The translations under genes were made by a program, and so were the position numbers. A stretch of DNA of 61,663 nucleotides, counting the filler. It is 6 parts of 6 records of this genome, joined end to end, with 100 filler letters (N's around TTAATTAATTAA, not from the genome) between each part and the next. Parts side by side here need not be neighbours in the genome. Positions count along the whole stretch, not along the records: positions 1 to 8,485 come from SRR20825010_5248; positions 8,586 to 20,838 come from SRR20825010_5260; 4 more parts are not named here. One strand, 5' to 3'. Of the stretch, positions 1 through 10,663 are shown piece after piece. The stretch's first letter is position 1; the number at the start of each line of letters is the position of its first letter. The notes below the pieces were generated by a model. That model did no database searches. It was not told where the DNA came from and worked only from the letters and a program-made list of their open reading frames with translations.

Positions 1-1218
1 GCCGTATTCCGTGTCGTTCGCCTTTTCCAGCACTTCGACCTCACTCTCGAAGCGGATGATCGGCGCGACGGGGCCGAAGGTTTCCTCGCGATAGATCAGC
101 ATGTCTTCCGTGACATTGGCGAGCACGGTCGGGGCGTAGAAATAACCCTTGTCGAGCCCGTTGGACTTGATCGGCACACCGCCGGTCACGAGTTCGGCGC
201 CCTTGGATATCGCGTCCTGCACCTGCCGTTCCACTTTGTCGATGGCCGTCTGATTGACGAGGGGGCCGATGGCAACGCCATCCTCGAACCCGCTGCCTGC
301 CTTCATTTTCGAGACACGCTCTTCGAAGGTCGCGACGAACTGGTCGTAGGAGCCGTTCTGCACGAAGAAACGGTTCGGGCTGATGCAGGCCTGCCCGGTA
401 TTGAGGAACTTGACGAGCGAGCCACCCTTGGCCGCATGGGCCGGATCGACATCCTCGAACACGACGAACGGCGCATGGCCGCCGAGTTCTGCCGAGACGC
501 GCTTCATATTGGCGCTGGCCTGTCCGGCCAGCATCTTGCCGACATTGGTGGAGCCGGTGAAGGTGAGCTTGCGGACCGACGGATGGCTGGTGAATACCTC
601 CCCGATGGGTTTCGGATCGGCGGCGGTCACCAGATTGACAACCCCCGGCGGGATGCCGGCGGCCTCAAAAATCTCGAACATCGCAATGGCGCAGAGCGGT
701 GTGGCTTCAGCCGGTTTCAGGACAATGGTACAGCCAGCCGCAAGCGCCGGGCCGGCTTTCCGTGTGATCATCGAGATCGGGTAGTTCCAGGGGGTCACTG
801 CCGCGACAACGCCGACGGGCTGATGCAGCACCATGAAACGCTGATCCCCGCGAGAGGAGGGGAGGATTTCCCCATTCACGCGTTTCGCTTCCTCCGCGTA
901 CCAGAGCAGGAAATCCGCGCCATATTGCACTTCATTGCGGGCGGCTTTAAGTGGCTTGCCCTGTTCTTCGGTCATAATGCGGGCGAGATCCTCTTTGCGC
1001 TCAATCATGATCTGATAGGCCTTATAGAGGTAGGCGCTCCGCTGATAGGCGGTGGTCTTCGACCAGTCGCGGAAGGCAACATCCGCCGCCTCGATTGCGC
1101 GGGTAGCCTCCAAAGCGCCGCCATCGGCGACTTGCTTGATCACATCTCCCGTTGCGGGATTGAAAACGTCGAAGCTGTTACCGCTGTCGGCGGTAACCCA
1201 TTTTCCGTCTATATACAT
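1..1218 (-). CDS. gabD: NAD(P)-dependent aldehyde dehydrogenase, succinate-semialdehyde dehydrogenase (GabD)-like; 3' end runs off the window
   Basis: Not in the ORF track; translated by hand from the minus strand. ATG at 1218 gives MYIDGKWVTADSG...TPWNYP...KPAE...FTGST...AELGGHAP...NTGQACISPN...EETFGP, which are the ALDH motifs including catalytic Glu and Cys. Confidence 0.88.
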   Translation of the reverse strand, partial: MYIDGKWVTADSGNSFDVFNPATGDVIKQVADGGALEATRAIEAADVAFRDWSKTTAYQRSAYLYKAYQIMIERKEDLARIMTEEQGKPLKAARNEVQYGADFLLWYAEEAKRVNGEILPSSRGDQRFMVLHQPVGVVAAVTPWNYPISMITRKAGPALAAGCTIVLKPAEATPLCAIAMFEIFEAAGIPPGVVNLVTAADPKPIGEVFTSHPSVRKLTFTGSTNVGKMLAGQASANMKRVSAELGGHAPFVVFEDVDPAHAAKGGSLVKFLNTGQACISPNRFFVQNGSYDQFVATFEERVSKMKAGSGFEDGVAIGPLVNQTAIDKVERQVQDAISKGAELVTGGVPIKSNGLDKGYFYAPTVLANVTEDMLIYREETFGPVAPIIRFESEVEVLEKANDTEYG

Positions 1219-1301
1219 TTTTTGAAACCTTTCGCGTCGGCGAGATATTTGTTTTTGTGTTTTGGCGCAGTCTACTGATTTATCCGCGTCCGTAAAGCGG
1301 A

Positions 1302-2213
1302 TCAATCCGCCGCATCCGCGGCCTGACCCGTGAGGCGTGTTCTCTCCCGCTCCTTGATCATCCGGGAGGTAAGGCGGGAGCCGTCCTCGCTCCAGCCGGG
1401 CGGGCCGAAGACATACATAAAGGCGGCCTTAAGGCTCTTCGCATGGATAAGGTCAGCAAAAATTCCCGCCCATTCATGGAAAGCGATAATCAGGGGATTA
1501 AAGCTCGCGATCTGCTTGACGATGCCATAACGGCAGGGCTCGGCCTTGTCCTCCGGTACGAAGCTGCCGAACAGCTTGTCCCAGATGATGAAAATCCCGG
1601 CGTAGTTGGCATCGAGATAGCGCGGATTGGTCGCGTGATGCACCCGGTGGTGGGACGGCGTGTTCATCACCGCCTCAAACGGCTTCCACATCTTGTCAAT
1701 CGCCTCGGTATGGATCCAGAACTGATAGACGAGACTGATCCCCTTCTGGAAGACGATGAGGGCAAGCGGAAAGCCGATGAAGGAGAGTAGCAGCCAGAGT
1801 ATCCAGGTTCCGGCAAGACTGCCCGTCCAGGTCTGACGCAGCGCGGTGGTCAGGTTATAATATTGCGAGGAGTGATGATTGATATGCGCGGCCCACCAGA
1901 TGCGATGCTCATGGCTGAGGCGATGGAACCAGTAATAGACGAAATCCTCCGCGAAGAGGATCAGGACGAACGCCCACCAGTGATAACCGATATCGAACAG
2001 GCGATATTGATAAACCCAGAGTGAGACCGCGCCGACAATCCCGAAGTTCACCAGCCCGATGGCGAAATTGCCAAGCCCCATAAAGAGTGACGCGGCGCTG
2101 TCCCGCGCCTCGTAATTGGATTTTTCCGGCGCAAAACGACCGATGACCGCCTCAATCAGAATTAGAAGGACAAAGGCCGGAATGGCGAAAGTGACCGGAT
2201 CAGGCAGCTGCAT
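1302..2213 (-). CDS. Fatty acid hydroxylase/sterol desaturase family di-iron membrane enzyme, alkylglycerol monooxygenase-like
   Basis: His boxes YYWFHRLSHE, WAAHINHHSS, QFWIHTE and TPSHHRVHH, plus several hydrophobic helices. Confidence 0.85.
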   Translation of the reverse strand: MQLPDPVTFAIPAFVLLILIEAVIGRFAPEKSNYEARDSAASLFMGLGNFAIGLVNFGIVGAVSLWVYQYRLFDIGYHWWAFVLILFAEDFVYYWFHRLSHEHRIWWAAHINHHSSQYYNLTTALRQTWTGSLAGTWILWLLLSFIGFPLALIVFQKGISLVYQFWIHTEAIDKMWKPFEAVMNTPSHHRVHHATNPRYLDANYAGIFIIWDKLFGSFVPEDKAEPCRYGIVKQIASFNPLIIAFHEWAGIFADLIHAKSLKAAFMYVFGPPGWSEDGSRLTSRMIKERERTRLTGQAADAAD

Positions 2214-2625
2214 CTTTTCCTCCGTTTATCATCGCCTCAATGATCGTGCGATCTGTCTCGCTCGCGGCGAAGGTGATCGAGGGAAACGCAAATCCCTGAC
2301 GCGGGATATAAAGTTCCCCGTCCTGCCGCCAGTCCGTTTTTTCGATGTCTGCGGCCCCTAATGTTTGAAGCACCAGCGTGTTCCCGAAACTCCGGATGAG
2401 ACCGACGCCCAGAGAATTGCGCCAGCGAACCAGAGCATATTTCCCGTCGTTGCTGATAACGGAACTTGCGATCATCTCGCCCGGCTCTTGTTGGCTGAGG
2501 AATTGCGCCACGGTCTCGGCTGTCAATTCAGCATCCCGCCGGCCTGCCACCAGCCGGATGACAAGGATTACGATCAGCACTGCGAGCGCCGCCGCAGGCA
2601 GGAGGATCAGCGGATCGATGGCCAT
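2200..2625 (-). CDS. Hypothetical protein with N-terminal membrane anchor
   Basis: 141-aa ORF with an N-terminal hydrophobic helix; overlaps the desaturase start, suggesting an operon. Confidence 0.65.
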   Translation of the reverse strand: MAIDPLILLPAAALAVLIVILVIRLVAGRRDAELTAETVAQFLSQQEPGEMIASSVISNDGKYALVRWRNSLGVGLIRSFGNTLVLQTLGAADIEKTDWRQDGELYIPRQGFAFPSITFAASETDRTIIEAMINGGKDAAA

Positions 2626-2852
2626 TCCCGAAAGCCCCTTGATTCGTTGTTTTCTGCGCTATTGTTACAAAAATTACGCGGGTTTGACAAAATTCATGCT
2701 TTGTAACACTCGCCGTGCCCCGTCTCCCCTGCGTAAAGGGCCTTCAGATATATGAAAGTCCAGCGAATCTCAAAGGGTCTTTACCTAAGGCGAGGGCGGT
2801 TTTATGCTGCTCTCAACAGTCTAACAAACAACACAAACATGGGATGTACTTA

Positions 2853-4481
<1,629 letters not shown>

Positions 4482-4510
4482 TGCTAATGCTGTCCGTGTG
4501 ATGCAAATGG

Positions 4511-4537
4511 AAAAGCCGGGCGAAAGTCCGGCTTTTT
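4511..4537 (+). terminator. Rho-independent terminator
   Basis: AAAAGCCGGGC-GAAA-GTCCGGCTTTTT downstream of the ligase stop. Confidence 0.75.
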
Positions 4538-4619
4538 GTCTTTCAAGTGATAAATTCCATTGTATTGGCGGGTAAATGCAATAACTGTGGCAGGAAGCAA
4601 ACTAAGCAGGGAAAACATC

Positions 4620-5630
4620 ATGCCGACACTGAACAAGCAATATCGTCTCGCCGCGCGGCCCGTTGGCGTCCCGAAGGACAGCGATTGGGAATTTACCACA
4701 GAAGAACTGCCGGAAATTGGCGCGGATGAGGTGCTGGTGAAAATTCATTATGCCTCTCTCGATCCCGCCATGCGCGGCTGGATGAACGAGGGGCGCTCCT
4801 ATATCCCGCCGGTCAGGATTGGCGAGGTGATGCGTGCCGGAACTGTGGGCGAGGTGATTGCTTCCAACAGCCCGGATTTCAAGGTTGGCGATTTTGTAAG
4901 CGGCACCCTCGGCATTCAGCAATATGGCAAGGCGCTCGCGAAAGACCTCACCAAAGTCGATCCGAACCTCGCGCCGATCGAGACATATCTCGGCGGTCTC
5001 GGCATGCCGGGCCTGACAGCCTATTTCGGTCTGCTCGATGTGGGCGCGGTGAAGGAGGGCGATACAGTGCTTGTCTCCGGTGCGGCCGGGGCCGTTGGTT
5101 CCCTCGTTGGGCAGATTGCGAAAATCAAGGGCGCGCGCGCAGTCGGGATCGCGGGCGGAGCGGATAAATGCGCCTATGTGGTCGATGAACTCGGCTTCGA
5201 TGCCTGCCTCGATTACAAATCGGGGACCTTCATGCAGGATCTGAAGGAGCCGCTGAAAAGTGGTGTTGATGTCTATTTCGATAACGTCGGCGGGGAGATT
5301 CTGGATATCGCGCTTGCGCGCATCAACCGCCATGCCCGCATCGTGATTTGCGGCGCAATCTCTCAATATAACAACACGACACCGATGCGCGGACCGCAAA
5401 ATTACATCAACCTTCTGGTGCATCATGCCCGCATGGAAGGCTTCGTGGTTTTCGATTATCTCTCGCGCTATGGTGAAGGTGTGAAGGAGTTGGCGACATG
5501 GTACTCCGAGGGCAAGCTCAAATTCCGCACCCAAACAGAGACGGGCATCGAGAATTTCCCTTCGGTTCTTCTCAAGCTCTTCAAAGGCGAAAACACCGGA
5601 AAACTGGTTCTGAAAGTTCTAGATGACTGA
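4620..5630 (+). CDS. NADP-dependent oxidoreductase, MDR superfamily (prostaglandin reductase/CurA-like)
   Basis: LAARPVG, SLDPAMRGWM, GMPGLTAYFGL, SGAAGAVGS, YFDNVGG, CGAISQYN and GENTGKL. Confidence 0.9.
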   Translation: MPTLNKQYRLAARPVGVPKDSDWEFTTEELPEIGADEVLVKIHYASLDPAMRGWMNEGRSYIPPVRIGEVMRAGTVGEVIASNSPDFKVGDFVSGTLGIQQYGKALAKDLTKVDPNLAPIETYLGGLGMPGLTAYFGLLDVGAVKEGDTVLVSGAAGAVGSLVGQIAKIKGARAVGIAGGADKCAYVVDELGFDACLDYKSGTFMQDLKEPLKSGVDVYFDNVGGEILDIALARINRHARIVICGAISQYNNTTPMRGPQNYINLLVHHARMEGFVVFDYLSRYGEGVKELATWYSEGKLKFRTQTETGIENFPSVLLKLFKGENTGKLVLKVLDD

Positions 5631-5657
5631 CAGATAAGCGTTTTTCACGTATGATAG

Positions 5658-5688
5658 AGGCGTCGCCGATTTACGGCGACGCCTTTTA
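5658..5688 (+). terminator. Rho-independent terminator
   Basis: AGGCGTCGCCG-ATTTA-CGGCGACGCCT followed by TTT. Confidence 0.7.
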
Positions 5689-5733
5689 TCTGTAGGTTGC
5701 TACAGAGGCGTTGCGTAGTGTGAAAGACGGACC

Positions 5734-6969
5734 ATGGAGTCGCTCGAGTTAATCCTGATACTGGTATCCTTCCTTTTTCTGATCGGTTGTCTGTTGACGC
5801 CCATCGCCGACCGGTTAGGCGCGCCATTCCTGCTTCTTTTCCTCTGTATCGGGATGCTCATGGGGGAGGATGGCATCGGCGGGGTCCGCTTTGATGATTT
5901 TAACCTCGCCTATAACATCGGGTCCATCGCGCTGGCCCTGATCCTCTTCTCCGGCGGTCTTGATACCAGCCGGGAGATTTTCAGGAAAGCCGCCGCGCCC
6001 TCCATGGCGCTGGCGACCTTTGGCGTGGTGGCGACGACTGTCATCATGGGTGCGTTGATCCATTTCCTGTTTGACCTGCCGCTTGCCATTTCGCTGCTTC
6101 TGGGCGCAGTAGTCGGATCGACCGACGCCGCGGCAACCTTTCTTCTGCTGCGTCAGCGGAATATCAAGCTGAAAGACGGTTTGGGTGAGACCCTGATGGT
6201 CGAGGCGGGGATCAATGACCCGATGGCGATCTTCCTGACCATTACCATGGTGGCGATTGTCGATAACGATTTACCGGTCGATCTGCCGACGCTGATCAGC
6301 TTTCTGCCGGAACTCGCGCGGCAGCTAGGCTTAGGTTTGGTTGCGGGTATTGTCGGCGGTGTTGTGACCGCGTTCCTGATCAACCGGGTCAAGATGCCGG
6401 TCAGCCTGTTCGCACCCTTCGCCATGGCGTCGGCCTTGCTTCTCTTCAACCTGACCGCCCTCGGAGGGGGCAGCGGGTTTCTCGCTGTGTTCATTTGCGG
6501 CGCGGTTTTGCGGGACCGCATGACCCATCAGACAGAACGGGTCCGCCAGTTTCATGATGGCCTCTCCTGGATATGCCAGATCGTTCTCTTCCTGATGCTG
6601 GGTCTTCTGGTGTCGCCGACCGACGTGATGGCCCATATTCCGCTCGGCCTGGGGGTCGCGGTTTTGCTGATCTTTATCGCCCGACCGCTGGCGACAACAC
6701 TCTCACTGACGCCGTTCCGCATCGGCTGGCGGCAGCAGGCGTTCGTCGGCTGGGTGGGCTTGCGCGGTGCGGTGCCGATCTTCCTCGCTATTATCCCGGT
6801 GATCAGCCCGGGCCCGCTCAGTTCGGGCTTTTTCGATGTGGTTTTCGTGGTGGTGGTTGCCTCCCTTTTCCTGCAGGGCTGGACACTCTCGCTGGTGGCG
6901 GGCTGGCTTGGCCTGATCGCGGAACCGGAGGAGGAGCCGTCGCTGCCCCTCGGCGAAGGCAAGGATTGA
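5734..6969 (+). CDS. K+/H+ antiporter, CPA1 NhaP2/CvrA type (membrane domain only)
   Basis: GAPFLLLFL, GEDG, STDAAA, EAGINDPMAIFL and WVGLRGAVPI motifs; many TM helices. Confidence 0.85.
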   Translation: MESLELILILVSFLFLIGCLLTPIADRLGAPFLLLFLCIGMLMGEDGIGGVRFDDFNLAYNIGSIALALILFSGGLDTSREIFRKAAAPSMALATFGVVATTVIMGALIHFLFDLPLAISLLLGAVVGSTDAAATFLLLRQRNIKLKDGLGETLMVEAGINDPMAIFLTITMVAIVDNDLPVDLPTLISFLPELARQLGLGLVAGIVGGVVTAFLINRVKMPVSLFAPFAMASALLLFNLTALGGGSGFLAVFICGAVLRDRMTHQTERVRQFHDGLSWICQIVLFLMLGLLVSPTDVMAHIPLGLGVAVLLIFIARPLATTLSLTPFRIGWRQQAFVGWVGLRGAVPIFLAIIPVISPGPLSSGFFDVVFVVVVASLFLQGWTLSLVAGWLGLIAEPEEEPSLPLGEGKD

Positions 6970-7082
6970 TTTTTACCCTAAAAGGCCTTATTTAAGCGCC
7001 AGCCCGCGATGGGGAATTTCCCCCTCGCTGGCTCTTTTTTAATCCCGTGACGGATGAACCCGCGCGGGGATCAGGACATATC

Positions 7083-8485
7083 ATGACGACGCTGGAAGAA
7101 CGGGTCGCCAACCGGCGGACCTTCGCGATTATCGCCCATCCGGATGCGGGCAAGACGACGCTGACCGAGAAGCTGCTATTGTTCGGCGGCGCCATTCAGC
7201 TTGCCGGCGCGGTGAAGACGCGCGGGGAGCAGCGGCGCGCGCGCTCCGACTGGATGAAGGTGGAGCGCGAACGCGGCATTTCCGTGGCCTCCTCCGTCAT
7301 GACGTTCGATTATCGCGAAAAGACCTTTAACTTGCTTGACACTCCGGGCCATGAGGATTTCAGCGAGGATACCTACCGTACGCTAACTGCGGTCGATAGC
7401 GCCGTCATGGTGCTCGACGGCGCGAAAGGCATCGAGAGCCAGACCCGTAAACTGTTCGAAGTCTGCCGCCTGCGCGATATGCCCATCACCACCTTCATCA
7501 ACAAGTTTGACCGAGAGGCGCTGGACCCGTTCGATTTGCTGGATGATATCGAGCAGACCCTCGCCCTTGACGTGGTACCGGCGAGCTGGCCGATTGGTAT
7601 GGGCCGGAATTTCCTTGGCTGTTATGACCTGTTTAACGACCGGCTCGTGCTGGTCTCGAAGGGGAAGGGGAATCATCTCGACGAGGGCGTCACTTGTAAC
7701 GGGCTTGATGATCCGAAACTCGATGAACTGCTGCCCGCCATTGAGGTTGCCAAGCTGCGCGAAGATATCGAAATGGTGCGGGGCCTCTGCCCGGAATTTG
7801 ATATGCAGGCCTATCGGGACGGCACGATGACCCCGGTCTATTTCGGCAGCGCGATCAACAACTTTGGCGTTGAAACTTTGCTCAACGGCTTGACCGAGAC
7901 AGCACCGAGCCCGCGTGCGGCGCCGTCGGCGGGGCGTGATATTTCTCCGCTTGAGAACAAGGTTAGCGGCTTTATCTTTAAAATTCAGGCGAATATGGAC
8001 CCCAAGCATCGCGACCGGATTGCCTTCATGCGGCTTGTGTCGGGCCATTTTAAGCGGGGCGCGAAGCTGAAGCATATCAGAAGCGAGAAGACGCTTAATA
8101 TCCATAACCCGGTGCTCTTCCTCGCGCAGGATCGCGAACTCGCGGAAGAAGCCTGGCCCGGCGATATCATTGGCATCCCCAACCATGGCAACCTTCGTAT
8201 CGGCGATGCGCTGACTGAAGGCGAGGAAATTCGCTTTACCGGTATCCCGAGCTTTGCGCCGGAGCTTTTGCAGAAGGTCCGCCCGGTTGATCCGATGCGG
8301 GCGAAACATTTGGGCCGGGCGCTGATCCAGCTCGCGGAAGAGGGTGCTGCCCGCACCTTCAAGACGCGGATGGGCTCGGACTGGGTGGTCGGTGTTGTCG
8401 GTGCGCTGCAGTTTGAAGTGCTGGCGGATCGTATCCGCACGGAATATGATATCCCGGTTAATTTTGAACAGACCGAGCTTTATAC
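7083..8485 (+). CDS. prfC: Peptide chain release factor 3 (truncated by the contig end)
   Basis: RRTFAIIAHPDAGKTTLTEKLLLFGGAI, DTPGHEDFSEDTYR, NKFD and KIQANMDPKHRDRIAF. Confidence 0.97.
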
Positions 8486-8585
8486 NNNNNNNNNNNNNNN
8501 NNNNNNNNNNNNNNNNNNNNNNNNNNNNNTTAATTAATTAANNNNNNNNNNNNNNNNNNNNNNNNNNNNNNNNNNNNNNNNNNNN
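8486..8585. other. Artificial contig spacer 1
   Basis: 44 N + TTAATTAATTAA (stops in all six frames) + 44 N; base composition changes across it. Confidence 0.98.
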
Positions 8586-8824
8586 TTGTAGAAACACAAC
8601 AATTGTTCCTGATCCATTATTCCCCCTCCTTGGTAGGGGGTAGTGGGAGGACTATAGTAAGGACTGGGTTCAAAGTGGCGAAACAATCTGCCCCTTGCCA
8701 CGATTACAATTAAGTTGTTAAATAATGTTGAACTAACAAACCATTGCCTATTGGCCAATGGCTTTTGGCAAAACGGCACTGAAAATTTTGTTATGGCTAA
8801 TTGTTAATCGTTCGCTGAATAAAA

Positions 8825-8855
8825 CAGATTGCCTCGCTTCGCTCGCGAATGACGG
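8825..8855 (-). repeat. REP-like extragenic element (CGTC-type)
   Basis: Reverse complement CCGTCATTCGCGAGCGAAGCGAGGCAATCTG resembles the GTCATTGCGAG...GCAATCT family of palindromic repeats; only one copy is in the window. Confidence 0.45.
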
Positions 8856-8987
8856 TTTGTAGAAGTTAGATATTAGAACTGAGACATTGTAACATTATAA
8901 CAGACTTTAAACCTTGATATTTGAACATAAGTATCCAGTCTATTTTCTAACCTCTAGTTTCTAGTATCTCACTACTCTCTACCAACA

Positions 8988-9830
8988 TCATCGTTGTCTG
9001 CGGTAATCCGTTGGGGTAAGACCTTTAATTTCTTTAAATTTTCTATTGAAATTGGCAATGGTTCCAAAACCACATTGTTCGGATATCATGGCAATTGAAA
9101 GGTCGGGACTGCTTGTGATAAGTTTACAGGCATTTTCAATTCGTATTTCAATCAAAAATTGAAAAAATGTTTTGTTGGTTCGTTTTTTAAAATAGCGGCA
9201 AAATGAATTCTTGTTCATATGGGCCTTGTCCGCAATTTCTTCCAGAGTAATAGGTTCATAAAACTTTTCCATGGCATATTCAAACACATCGTTCATTCGT
9301 TTTCCCTCGTCGTCCGTATACCTTTTTTTGTAAACAAAAGAAGACAGGGGAGTGGATTCCGCTGTACTTATTAAATTTAGTATTTTCAAAAGTGTAGCTA
9401 CCCTTTCAATCTTATTTTGATGGCTTAACTTATTGAATTGTTTTGTGATTTTCTGTTTTTTGGATAGCACCTTCAGTCCGTATTCCGAACCTTTAAAAAA
9501 TTCCTTGGTTTCTGCCATATCCGTTAACTCGAAAAAATGTTTTCCAAATGAGTCCTTTTTAAAAAATAGGGAACACATGATAGATTCATCACTTTTGTCG
9601 GAATCACTTTTAAAGACATGGGGAAGATATTCACCTATTACCAAAATGTCTCCTTCCTGATATTCATTTATAGTGTCTGCCACAACAAAGGAGCCAGATC
9701 CCTTTACGACAAGGCTTATTTGTATTTCTTGATGTTGATGAAGTTGGCCATAGAATATTTTTTGGCGATCCTCTTGGTAGATGAGTGCTTCGTTTTTTGG
9801 TTTTGGTATTTTAAATGGCAGTACCTTCAA
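8988..9830 (-). CDS. AraC-family transcriptional regulator (cupin + HTH)
   Basis: LHQHQEIQI cupin motif and C-terminal SFCRYFKK...CGFGTIANFNRKFK...TPTDYR; TTG start. Confidence 0.92.
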   Translation of the reverse strand: MKVLPFKIPKPKNEALIYQEDRQKIFYGQLHQHQEIQISLVVKGSGSFVVADTINEYQEGDILVIGEYLPHVFKSDSDKSDESIMCSLFFKKDSFGKHFFELTDMAETKEFFKGSEYGLKVLSKKQKITKQFNKLSHQNKIERVATLLKILNLISTAESTPLSSFVYKKRYTDDEGKRMNDVFEYAMEKFYEPITLEEIADKAHMNKNSFCRYFKKRTNKTFFQFLIEIRIENACKLITSSPDLSIAMISEQCGFGTIANFNRKFKEIKGLTPTDYRRQR

Positions 9831-10263
9831 ATTGTGTTTTTTGCAAATATTATTTAAAAATATGATATTATGCGGTAATTGGGGTAATATAGTTTTATGA
9901 TGTGCTATTCTGGAAAAGACCTAATATATGTCACGATAGCTGCCTATAATTATTTGGATCTAGGCATTTGGACCGACATTTAAAATCAGATCTAATCTTG
10001 ACTCCAATATTTAATGGTTGTTATAACGTTTAGTTTATAGCTTTACCCTTTTTTGGATATCCCTAAAGTCTACAATTACGTATTTTCTTGGCGGCATTTC
10101 TATCAATGCAATAGTCTTATATCTCAACAAACCTGAATATCAAAATATATTAAGACGGGCCAATAGTCTATATTGACAGTAGCTTGCCAAAGATAGAGGG
10201 GGCATTTTAAAAAATGAAAGCTATATTTCTCCAGAACTGTCGATTGCCAAAAGTATTTGCAAT

Positions 10264-10635
10264 TTACATCTTCTTGATTTTCTTTACAATTTGCTCAAAA
10301 ATATGAAGTTCATCTTCCAATTTTGAACGGGTATTATATTTTTTCTTTAAGTCGTAGTCCGTTAAAATGATATGTTCATTGGGTTCAATGTCGATGTTCT
10401 TCAGACACTCTTTGGCACATTGGAGGGGGCATCCGTCAACCACAATTATGGGTCTATTGGACCTAGCCGTTTTGACCAGTGATTTTACTTTGCCACCTAC
10501 TCCAGCTATACACGACATTTCTGCAATACCATCAGAATTAATTTTTACGGCAATATCGTTTGCCAATTGTGCTACATTGCTACAGCCTGAACAAGAATAT
10601 ATTAGAGGTACCGTACTATGCTTATGTTTTTCCAT
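10264..10635 (-). CDS. DGC-domain putative metal-binding protein
   Basis: YSCSGCSN, EMSCIAG and VDGCPLQC motifs. Confidence 0.85.
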   Translation of the reverse strand: MEKHKHSTVPLIYSCSGCSNVAQLANDIAVKINSDGIAEMSCIAGVGGKVKSLVKTARSNRPIIVVDGCPLQCAKECLKNIDIEPNEHIILTDYDLKKKYNTRSKLEDELHIFEQIVKKIKKM

Positions 10636-10663
10636 TGTTGGAATTTAAAAATGTTTTTATGAA

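Noticed and set aside
436-1278. 280-aa plus-strand ORF (and 383-784)
   Set aside because: Antisense shadow of the minus-strand aldehyde dehydrogenase, which has all the family motifs.
8530-8541. Recurring TTAATTAATTAA palindrome as a biological repeat or CRISPR-like element
   Set aside because: Always centred in 44+44 N; an assembly or concatenation linker.
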